In this document: piece by piece, positions 1 through 8,001 of the stretch | Layout of the letters: every line of letters begins with the position of its first letter | Position numbering within the stretch: the stretch's first letter is position 1 | Assembly: GCA_037441675.1 (NCBI GenBank) | Contig: JBBIRS010000012.1 | Location: 1,091-27,432 of the forward strand | DNA from: Planctomycetales bacterium | Lineage (GTDB): Bacteria; 4484-113 | Length of the DNA: 26,342 nt | Direction of reading: 5' to 3' | Position numbers and translations under genes: made by a program | The notes under the pieces: generated by a model | Seen by the model: the letters and a program-made list of their open reading frames with translations, nothing else | What the model was told of the DNA's origin: nothing | Database searches by the model: none

Positions 1-621
1 CTCATATGGCTCGGGGTAATATGGGTTATACGGAAACGCCAAGGCTGTCACAATGTTACAATCCGGTGCTTGGCTTAGCCTCAACGCGACCCACCGCAAG
101 AGCTTTCTCTTGTAGTCTCTGAAGTTCTCAATGTTAGGTTTGACAGTCTTAATATCAAAAAGATATTCCTTACCATCGGTGGTCTTCACCCACAAATCAA
201 CGATCCTGTCTCGTCCGCCCAGTGGAGGTAGGTTTGTAAACTTCTTGACTGCATCTCTAATCTCCTCAATTTCGGCTGGCTTGTTTGCCTTTCTCCTGCC
301 CTCCGCCAGTTGCGTTACAATAGTGACGATTATAGAGTCCACTTCTACAGGTACCTTGCCCCAGTTTTGGTATTTCTTTACCGCTTGCAGTCCCGATGCG
401 CGAGCAATTAAGAATGCAATTTCTTCATAGAGGGACATCCCAAAAGTGGTGACCAAGCTATGCACGAAACTATAGAATGCGATTCGACCTTTTGTGCGCA
501 GAATACCTTCAAGGAACGGCGAGTAGGTTGTCTCTGGTGTCCATTGTGCCAGCTTCTCTTGTACTACGTGTTTGACATATTCAGCAACATCTCTCATAAC
601 GAGCGGGACTTCGGAATTCAC
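1..621 (-). CDS. Type II restriction endonuclease, TdeIII/MjaII family (3' end runs off the window)
   Basis: Not in the ORF track. Hand translation from GTG at 621, 1 nt after the methylase TGA, is open to position 1: MNSEVPLVMRDVAEY...PETTYSPFLEGIL...FYSFVHSLVTTFGMSLYEEIA...VDLWVKTTDGKEYLFDIKTVKPNIENFRDYKRKLLRWVALR...TALAFPYNPYYPEPYE. It has a D...DxK nuclease motif, and the KPN, KRKLLxW and PYNPY motifs match the RE_TdeIII family as I recall it. ATG at 597 is an alternative start. Confidence 0.85.
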   Translation of the reverse strand, partial: MNSEVPLVMRDVAEYVKHVVQEKLAQWTPETTYSPFLEGILRTKGRIAFYSFVHSLVTTFGMSLYEEIAFLIARASGLQAVKKYQNWGKVPVEVDSIIVTIVTQLAEGRRKANKPAEIEEIRDAVKKFTNLPPLGGRDRIVDLWVKTTDGKEYLFDIKTVKPNIENFRDYKRKLLRWVALRLSQAPDCNIVTALAFPYNPYYPEPYE

Positions 622-622
622 G

Positions 623-1849
623 TCAGCTCTGCCTCACGTGGTAGATACTCTCGAAGTATTGAGCGTTGTCACGCTCAGTGCGCATAAGTACTGGGCGATG
701 GAAAACGTCTACAATCTCCCAACACAACGCACGCGTGATTTTGGGGTAGAGTTGGAACTTATCGTTAACGACTATGAATATATTCGCCTTCGGTTTCAGC
801 CAGTGGGACACATTAGCGAAAACGTTGACAATTTCTTTTAGGTATCTTTCCTGTGCCGCCTTGCTTTGACCGCGCGACGCTGGTCCTATTTCTTGTTCAT
901 CTTGCCTGGGTATATGAAATAGTTCATAGGCATAACGATGCTGCTCGTGATAATCAATCATTCCAACATACGGTGGAGAAGTGAAGATTCCGTCAAACTT
1001 AAGGTCGTCAGGAAGTTCAACGGTGCGGGAGTCACCTTGTAATACCAGAACCTTAGCGTCCGTGCGTATTTGAGCGAACTCGTTGATACGCTTGACTGTA
1101 TCCATGCTATATCTAGTAAGGAACTTCAAGGCCTCTTTAGTCGGCTCACAATAACGTCTGTGCTTGATGCACCAATACTGCTTCTTCGGATCAATTGGCA
1201 CCTTCGGGCGAGCCAAGTCGTAGTGAGTTATTAACCTGCAAGAGCGCGCAGCCCGGCTGAGAATTACCTGCAAGACTGGGCTGTAAGCGTAGTTCTCAAT
1301 AAGGCTCCTGTAATAAAGTAATTCTGCCAGAGCCCTTGGTGCATACCATGTCCTCAGGTATTCGCTGTCAGTTGTAGGTTCTTTCTCATCAATAAAAAGG
1401 TGGAGCTTGCCGTTCACTAGATGTTCACTAAAAACTTGAGTTTGGTTCAGACAGTCCCTTGCTTCCGCGCTCAGCTTCGGAATGTCATACTTATCAGTCT
1501 TTACCTTACTTATTAGCCAATTGAAGTATGAAAGTTCCACTCCAACAGAATTGATGCCCAGTGTGTTTGCCTCAACGAGCGTGGTACCTGAACCGACAAA
1601 TGGATCAAGAATCCACTGCCCTTTCTTAAAAAACTTTCGTATAAAAAGTTCAACTAACTGGGGTATAAACTTACCGAGATAGGGATGAAGCCTGTGAACG
1701 TGCTTAGTCCTTTCAAACTCTCTGTATTCAACAAAGGTGAGGTCGCTTCCAAGGATGCGCTTGTTTTTCTCTAGGTCAACAACGCGCTCTATTAACTCTG
1801 CCCGAAAATGTGGAGATGTAGTCCGAGCTTTAGTGGCTGAACGACTCAC
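623..1849 (-). CDS. DNA methyltransferase, probably N4-cytosine (alpha motif order), cognate of the adjacent endonuclease
   Basis: HRLHPYLGKFIPQL, then SAM-binding motif I LDPFVGSGTT, then catalytic motif IV FTSPPY. SPPY is typical of m4C enzymes. Directly upstream of the endonuclease gene. Confidence 0.9.
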   Translation of the reverse strand: MSRSATKARTTSPHFRAELIERVVDLEKNKRILGSDLTFVEYREFERTKHVHRLHPYLGKFIPQLVELFIRKFFKKGQWILDPFVGSGTTLVEANTLGINSVGVELSYFNWLISKVKTDKYDIPKLSAEARDCLNQTQVFSEHLVNGKLHLFIDEKEPTTDSEYLRTWYAPRALAELLYYRSLIENYAYSPVLQVILSRAARSCRLITHYDLARPKVPIDPKKQYWCIKHRRYCEPTKEALKFLTRYSMDTVKRINEFAQIRTDAKVLVLQGDSRTVELPDDLKFDGIFTSPPYVGMIDYHEQHRYAYELFHIPRQDEQEIGPASRGQSKAAQERYLKEIVNVFANVSHWLKPKANIFIVVNDKFQLYPKITRALCWEIVDVFHRPVLMRTERDNAQYFESIYHVRQS

Positions 1850-1860
1850 TGTTATATATT

Positions 1861-1869
1861 ATTCTACCA
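1861..1869 (-). promoter_or_regulatory. Putative extended -10 promoter (TGgTAGAAT) of the R-M operon
   Basis: The minus strand reads TGGTAGAAT 11 nt before the GTG start. No Shine-Dalgarno sequence is visible. Confidence 0.4.
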
Positions 1870-2036
1870 AGAATCGCTTGCTAAACTAAGATGACCACTT
1901 GGGAACCGTCCCAAAAAACATTAAGAGACTAGCAATTCGCTTCCGGCCACAGGCGCCCGGCTTGCAGCCCTCTTATTCGTTCCACCACCAGTATATTCCA
2001 CAACTTGACTGATGGCAACCTCCGACTATGTTAACG

Positions 2037-2071
2037 CTGAGAGCAAACCACGCGAAAGGCAAATCTCTCAG
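2037..2071 (-). terminator. Stem-loop downstream of the large lipoprotein gene (possible terminator or 3' stabiliser)
   Basis: Inverted repeat CTGAGAG...CTCTCAG about 20 nt past the stop at 2090. No U-tract. Confidence 0.25.
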
Positions 2072-2089
2072 TTCCAATCTCTAGCCTCT

Positions 2090-5000
2090 CTAGCCTTCAA
2101 TCCGCAGGCTCCAATTCTGTGCCACAGATCCGAGGAACATCTTCCCTTTTGTTAACCCGCCAAAGCTGCTGATAATTGGACCACCCGGGATACCGCCGCC
2201 ATCCTGAGCAGAAAGAGCCTTCCTAGTTTGATCATAAAGGTCTTTGAAGCGGGAATAACCAGCGCCATCCCCGTCGATATCTTTGTAATCCAGCACGTAA
2301 AAGCCCGGGGGAAGATTTCCAACTCGGAAGTATCCAAAGAAAACATCCTGCCCAGCTCGTAGTTCCTCAAGGCTAAGCTCTTCCACACCCTCAATTGGAT
2401 AAAAATCAATGAGTGTGTCATCCCGGGAAAACAATACAAGTGATACAACTTTTCTGCCCGGTCTTTTAGTTTTGAGTGTGGGCATAGGGTTAACCGCGTC
2501 CGCGTACCGCTGAATCTTTAGTTCCTCAGGAGACAATGGCCTCGTCTCCGGCTCACCATCGCCCATGAGAATTGAAAACTCACCGCTAGAGCCCGAGAAC
2601 TGCCAGCCAATTTTAACTACCCATGAAGGCCCATCAATTGCAGCTGTAAGCACTGGAGCTACCTCCCTTGGGTCGCCGTTATTTACCGTCGCGTCTACAA
2701 CCGCCTGAACGGTTCCATCCAAGTCTATCAACTCAGCCTTCCAGTTGGGAGTGCCAGCCTCTTGAAAGATTCTTACCAGATAAAATCCTGAAGGAACTTC
2801 GGAGCCCTGCGGAAGGTTCAGGTAGATTAGCAAGAAATTTACACCCTCAGCCATATCCGTCGGCGTCAGGTTCTCTACACCTAGCAAACTAGAAATCAAA
2901 TACCTCTCGGTACCAACAGCCCAAATTGATTGCCACCCACCCCCCCTCCTCCTATAAATTGAAATGAAATTATCCATATTGACCCCAGCTACACGGAGTT
3001 GACCAGCAACGTCCTGAAGAGCGGATGCTACGCCTGCACGGTATAGCGAGTTATCCAACTCAACTGTATCCGCAACTTCTGTCTCGTCCCACTCCCAGCT
3101 GGTGATGGTTACCGTTGACAAGGGGTAGTAGAACGCTAAATTAAGGTAATCTGGTTCCAAAGCGAAACTTAGGGGTGGTGGCGGAGGATCACCATCAACA
3201 CCCTCGCCAACATCTGCGGAATTTACCGCTACCAAGTTTCCGTACCTGTCAATCCATTCCGCCTCATAGTCTGTTGGAGCGTATGGAGGAGATGATTTGA
3301 CCTTGATGACGATGAAGGCGCCTTGCTGAAGGTCGGAAACAGCTCGGGTATCCTCGGAATGATTACTACTACGGCGGATATTTAATGGTCTGCGAATATT
3401 CCTCACTATTATATGGCCAGACGGTGTGCGCACATAACTGAAGGCAACATCTTGGCCATTGAGATAATCGTCGGGGGTAAAGTTTTCAACGCCCTTTAAG
3501 GGTGAGTAGGCCACAAGGGCATCTTCCCTAGAAGCTATGACAATATCTTCACTTATGTTGCCGTTAAGGGACGAAAGGATGTTCCAAGCCTCCGTGCTAA
3601 AAGTATCCATAGCATCAACGATTGCTCGACCCTCTGGCGATAGGGGAGTTGGGTCAATATCGCCCGATCCAAGGGCGATTCTCGTCTCAGCAGATACATT
3701 TTTCCACTCAATGTCAATCTTTAGAAAGAATTCATTGGTTTTTGGATCTTTTCCAAATTCAAAAGTTAGGTACGGACGTTGTCTTTCCTTATTCCCGAAA
3801 TAAACTCCAACGTCCGTTTCCAAACCAGGGGTACCTGTTTCATCAATAAATTGCGCAACCCAGTTACCAGTGGAAGTTTGAGAAAGTCTCACAATGTAAA
3901 AGCCTGAGGGAAGCTCCGACCCTTGGGGCAAATTTAGGAAGGTGAAGAGAACATCAGCCCCGGAAGCTAGGTCATCAATAGTCTTTGTGTCCACTCCAGC
4001 AATTGGTGCACTCATCACCCTCCCTGCTGTTTCAATGCCAAAGAGGGGGCTACTGCCAAGATCTACTCCCATTCGTTGCGAGGCTTGGACTGCGTAAATA
4101 AAGCTACTTCGAAGTTTACGATTTGCCTCTTCCATCTGCTCCTCTGGAGAAGGACCCTCAATCACTTGAACAGCAATGGTATCCACGTCCCAGGCGCCGG
4201 CGTTATCCTGCACTCGGAACTTCACATTGTATAAGCCTGGATTCGGATAAATCTGAGCTGGAGGATTGGGATTAACAGGGTCAGTGTAATCGTAAAAGCC
4301 GTTGCCATCAAAGTCCCAAGAGTATGAAGTGATAGTTCCATCCAAATCCTGGCCCGTTCCTGTGAAATTCACCGTTAGTGGTGCCGTACCGAAGGATGGA
4401 TTTGCTTGAGCGGAGGCAACTGGTCTAGAATTTACACTGATAATAAGGCTAACTGCGGCAAAAGCTATTCCTCCCTCCGCAGTCCTTCCTCGAACCTCTG
4501 GATGGATTATTCCTGGCGCATCCATAGGAGCGGTTGCTAGCCCGCTAGTATCATCAGTAATTTCCCAATCGCCGTCACCGTCAAGGTCAAAATCATAGAG
4601 CTCAGCGCCTGAAGCCTGCAGATTCGCAATAGTTCCCCTGCCTCCAGAGACAACATCGGTCTCTAGGTTCACTGCGGGCGAATTACCATCTAGTGGTGAT
4701 GCAGAGGCTGAAGGGGAAAGATCGCTTTCGTTTCCAGATATGTCAATCGCGGAAATCCTGAAGACTTGACCTTTACTTAGCCCACCGAATCTATCTATTT
4801 TACCACTAATGAACTTACGCTCGCGACCCTCTAGGTAAGAAAGGCTTTTGACGCCTCTCTCCGACGGTGAAGAAAAATCGCGCGTTGAATAATAGATTTT
4901 ATATCCCGCGAGATCCTCTGCAATTACGGGAGTCCATTCAAGAAGAACTCCGCCGGCAATAGGAGTCGCGCTTAAGGCAGAAGAAGCTGGCGGAGGCGTT

Positions 5001-5683
5001 ATGTCAGCATCATCTCTTACGTTTATGCCTATGCCGACAACGTCAAAGGCGCTTCCATTGAAGGCGACTGCTCCAATAAAGCAGTTACCGAGTGGGCTCG
5101 TATAATCAGAGGAAGGCAAGCTAAGCCTTACGTGGCTGTCGGAAAATGGACCAAACCACTTCCAGGCGTTTTTACGGTAATCCGATACTGCAAGCCAATA
5201 CTCGCTTATCGATCCATCACTCTTGCGATGTAAGTTGATGTCCGAGGACACGACCCCCGGTTGAGATGCTCCAAGACTGATTCGATAAAGAGCGTATGAA
5301 AGCTGTCTTTGTCCAACCTCGCCACTCGTCAAACGAGAAGCGTCGCCGTAATCAGTGACATCACCGAAAGAGTTGAATCTCTCTACTCCAGAAGTAAAGT
5401 CCGTGGAGAGGTTTAGGGATGAAGAGAAACGACTAGAGCTTGGAATTACAAAGCCCTGCTCGTCCACCTTTTCCCAGGGCTGAACAGCGTCAGAAGGTAA
5501 AACACTGGGAAAACTATAAGTACCTGCAATGCTGGGTGATTCAGCCTCATCTCCATTCGCTAGCGGAGATTCACTGAGGTTAAAGAAGCTTAGGGATTTT
5601 TGCTCACCGCCTCTACCGCACGCGAATAAAACCACCGCAAGTAGTAGTGAAAATAATGTCAGATTTGTAATCCTCTTTATCAT
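2090..5683 (-). CDS. Large surface lipoprotein: FN3-like and PKD domains plus a four-unit C-terminal repeat of unknown family
   Basis: 1197-aa ORF. Lipobox LFAC at Cys22. FN3-like segment LSATPIAGGVLLEW...GYKIYY...ISAIDISGNES. PKD segment ANPSFGTAPLTVNF...SYSWDFDGNG...GLYNVKFRVQD. Internal duplication LNLPQGSE[LV]PSGFY. Confidence 0.85.
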   Translation of the reverse strand: MIKRITNLTLFSLLLAVVLFACGRGGEQKSLSFFNLSESPLANGDEAESPSIAGTYSFPSVLPSDAVQPWEKVDEQGFVIPSSSRFSSSLNLSTDFTSGVERFNSFGDVTDYGDASRLTSGEVGQRQLSYALYRISLGASQPGVVSSDINLHRKSDGSISEYWLAVSDYRKNAWKWFGPFSDSHVRLSLPSSDYTSPLGNCFIGAVAFNGSAFDVVGIGINVRDDADITPPPASSALSATPIAGGVLLEWTPVIAEDLAGYKIYYSTRDFSSPSERGVKSLSYLEGRERKFISGKIDRFGGLSKGQVFRISAIDISGNESDLSPSASASPLDGNSPAVNLETDVVSGGRGTIANLQASGAELYDFDLDGDGDWEITDDTSGLATAPMDAPGIIHPEVRGRTAEGGIAFAAVSLIISVNSRPVASAQANPSFGTAPLTVNFTGTGQDLDGTITSYSWDFDGNGFYDYTDPVNPNPPAQIYPNPGLYNVKFRVQDNAGAWDVDTIAVQVIEGPSPEEQMEEANRKLRSSFIYAVQASQRMGVDLGSSPLFGIETAGRVMSAPIAGVDTKTIDDLASGADVLFTFLNLPQGSELPSGFYIVRLSQTSTGNWVAQFIDETGTPGLETDVGVYFGNKERQRPYLTFEFGKDPKTNEFFLKIDIEWKNVSAETRIALGSGDIDPTPLSPEGRAIVDAMDTFSTEAWNILSSLNGNISEDIVIASREDALVAYSPLKGVENFTPDDYLNGQDVAFSYVRTPSGHIIVRNIRRPLNIRRSSNHSEDTRAVSDLQQGAFIVIKVKSSPPYAPTDYEAEWIDRYGNLVAVNSADVGEGVDGDPPPPPLSFALEPDYLNLAFYYPLSTVTITSWEWDETEVADTVELDNSLYRAGVASALQDVAGQLRVAGVNMDNFISIYRRRGGGWQSIWAVGTERYLISSLLGVENLTPTDMAEGVNFLLIYLNLPQGSEVPSGFYLVRIFQEAGTPNWKAELIDLDGTVQAVVDATVNNGDPREVAPVLTAAIDGPSWVVKIGWQFSGSSGEFSILMGDGEPETRPLSPEELKIQRYADAVNPMPTLKTKRPGRKVVSLVLFSRDDTLIDFYPIEGVEELSLEELRAGQDVFFGYFRVGNLPPGFYVLDYKDIDGDGAGYSRFKDLYDQTRKALSAQDGGGIPGGPIISSFGGLTKGKMFLGSVAQNWSLRIEG

Positions 5684-5744
5684 TCGTAATCACCATTCTT
5701 AAATTAAATTGATATTCATTCCATACCTCAAAAAAAATTATATT

Positions 5745-5772
5745 ATTTTATTATTTCAAAGGATGATGTCAA
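5745..5772 (-). promoter_or_regulatory. Putative sigma70 promoter of the lipoprotein gene
   Basis: Minus strand TTGACA (5772-5767), 16-nt spacer, TAAAAT (5750-5745), in an AT-rich tract about 60 nt upstream of the ATG. Confidence 0.6.
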
Positions 5773-6094
5773 GAGGGCTTTTTCTAATCCTTAGTTGAGA
5801 AAATGTCGTATGCGTTAAGGATTTTAGCAAGCATAGCTCACTCGGCGAATAGGGAAATCTCCCCACTTTTCCATTCCAATCCATTATGTTTCTTAAGAGG
5901 ATAGACTTGGTTCAGTATCTGGCGGAAGTTGGGTTTTATCTTCTGCATGAAGGTTGCTATAGTTTTATTCATATTTACACAATCAACAGAAAACGATACT
6001 CTTGAAGCAAAGCGGGGAAATAGTCGTGCCTCGCCGCTAATCAAATCTCTAAATGGTAAGAACTTGAGCGGAAGGAATATGGTTTGCTGAGAGC

Positions 6095-7530
6095 TCACAC
6101 CTTCACCCTTTTCCATCTTTCCGTTCGGAAGATTAGCCAGATGAGGAGAAGGTTGATTATCGCGGCGAGAATGCCAATGTACCAAATGAGAAGGGTAGTA
6201 AGCTTTAGCCAGTACACAAGGATAAATACCATCGGGATCTGAAAGCCCCACATTACAAGAAGGTTTATCGCCATTGGGGGTTTCGTATCTCCGCTAAACC
6301 AGTATGAGCTTGAGATTAATGAGCCAGCGGAGGATATGAGCATCGCAAAGACGTAAATTCTCATGATCGCCACGCCTAAATCAAAAACCCTTTGTTCTTT
6401 GGCAAAATATCCAACTATCGTTGGAGCAAGGATGAACATCAGGGCGGTCGCCACAAGCGCAATGCCGATTCCAATTGCTAACCTGTATGCACGCTTCTTT
6501 CACTTCTTTCCGGTTTTTTCGCGCCTAAATTCTGCCTCACCATTGTGGTTACCGCTGTTTGTAATCCCCAGCTGGGTACCAACATCAAGCTGAGCACTGG
6601 CCAGGTAATAGCATTCGCCGCCATAACAGCTGAGCCCATTCGGTTAATCACCCAACCTATTGTTGCATGACCGATGAATATCGCGTTCTCGCCGATTGCT
6701 GCGGGGATACCAACTTTAAGTATCCGCCAAATCCACTCAAAAGAGATGCTCGCAAAGTGCTTAGCAGTCATTCTTAAATTAGTCCATCCACATAGGAACA
6801 CAGTCAAACCCGCAAGAACTGTCCAAGTCTGCGCAAGCACGCTTGCGAGCGCTGCACCCTTTATCCCCATTGCAGGAGCGCCGAGCTTGCCAAATATAAG
6901 TACCCAATCCAAAAACAGGTTAATTGCTACCGCAATGGAAGTGATAAGAAGTGGCTTTAGCATATCGCCTATGCTTTTAAAACTAGTATTGAGGGTAGCT
7001 CCCATATAAAATAGTGGCATTCCAAGAAAGATAATCCGACCGTATTGCTCCCCCAAATTTGCAACCTCAGGTTCCGAGCCAAAGAGTAGGTACATTTGCC
7101 TTATATAAACTAGCCCAATAGCGGTAACGCAAAGCGCAGCAATAAGCTTGAAGATAAATGTTTGACCTATGACTTTCCTTGTCTCCTCAAATCTCTTTGC
7201 GCCGAAACTTCTGGCAATGAAGGCAACCGAACCAATGCCTATTATCTGATTGAAGATAAGAAGAATCATAAAGAAGTAGCCGAAGACACCCATAGAAGCT
7301 TGTGCGAGAGTTCCAAGTTGCGCTACGAAGTAAGTATCTACCGCATGATAACTACTCTCAAGCGCGCTTATCAGCATTGAAGGAACCGCTAAAAGTATAA
7401 TGTGGCTTGGAATGCTTCCAATGGTTAAGTCATGCCTTGATGCGATAGGCGCAGGCTCCAACCGCATTCCTGCTATATCGCCGGCAATTTCTGCAACGGT
7501 TAATCGCGAGCTTTCACTATCTGATTGCAC
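6095..7530 (-). pseudogene. MATE family efflux transporter, frameshifted near 6480
   Basis: ORFs 6478-7530 and 6095-6454 are the two parts of one MATE (DLTIGSI, VDTYFVAQLG, GDMLKPL, NLFLDWVLIFG, QNLGAK, GDTKPPM). Restoring one T at ...ACA GGT (T)TA GCA ATT... joins them. Could be a sequencing error. Confidence 0.8.
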
Positions 7531-7665
7531 TAATGCTATATCTTACTCCGCTTTGCCCTACAATACTAAACAAATTGGTCATTGTTGTCTTTCAACATGC
7601 GAAATTCTTCTTGATGCTACTTAATGTTATATGCCGTGCGAAACCTTGATTAAGGGTTGGCATAA

Positions 7666-7941
7666 TTGACTATTCGGTGGGAGACTGATTTTTCGGATCC
7701 TGAAAGTGTTAAGAGCTTTCCATGGTGGTTGTTTCTCCTTATTGGTGTAGGCGTAGGAAGCATTTTCTTCTTCATTGGAATTGGGCTTTTAATCTCCGAT
7801 TACGTGAAGCGAACTACCTGGCTTGACGTTCAAGCGGAAGTGATTTACTCTGAAGTCGTGAAATACGAGGATGATGAGGGGGACGATATGTATAAGGTTG
7901 ACGTTGACTACCGAAATGACTTTAACGGGAAAACCTATTGA
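7666..7941 (+). pseudogene. Truncated DUF3592-like membrane protein
   Basis: A TM helix followed by W..VQAEVIYSEV...DDEGDDMYKVDVDY...NGKTY resembles the DUF3592 N-terminal half. It stops there, with only 60 nt before the convergent gene and no continuation in the other frames. Confidence 0.5.
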
Positions 7942-8001
7942 AAGCTGATGCTGAAGTAAAAGCTTAGATTGAATACAAGTGCTTGGGCTAGAACGCATCG
8001 C

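Noticed and set aside
131..841. Plus-strand ORFs 131-430, 460-687 and 572-841
   Set aside because: Antisense shadows of the endonuclease and methylase genes, with no recognisable motifs.
2264..2290. DYKD as a FLAG tag or synthetic construct
   Set aside because: The sequence is DYKDIDGDG, not DYKDDDDK. It is internal to a natural-looking gene, and no vector features are present.
5838..6251. 137-aa minus-strand ORF and its 44-aa internal sub-ORF
   Set aside because: Overlaps the MATE 3' end in another frame, has no clear RBS and no recognisable motif.
6470..6520. Programmed ribosomal frameshift in the MATE gene
   Set aside because: No slippery heptamer with a downstream structure at the junction. 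A 1-nt loss explains it more simply.
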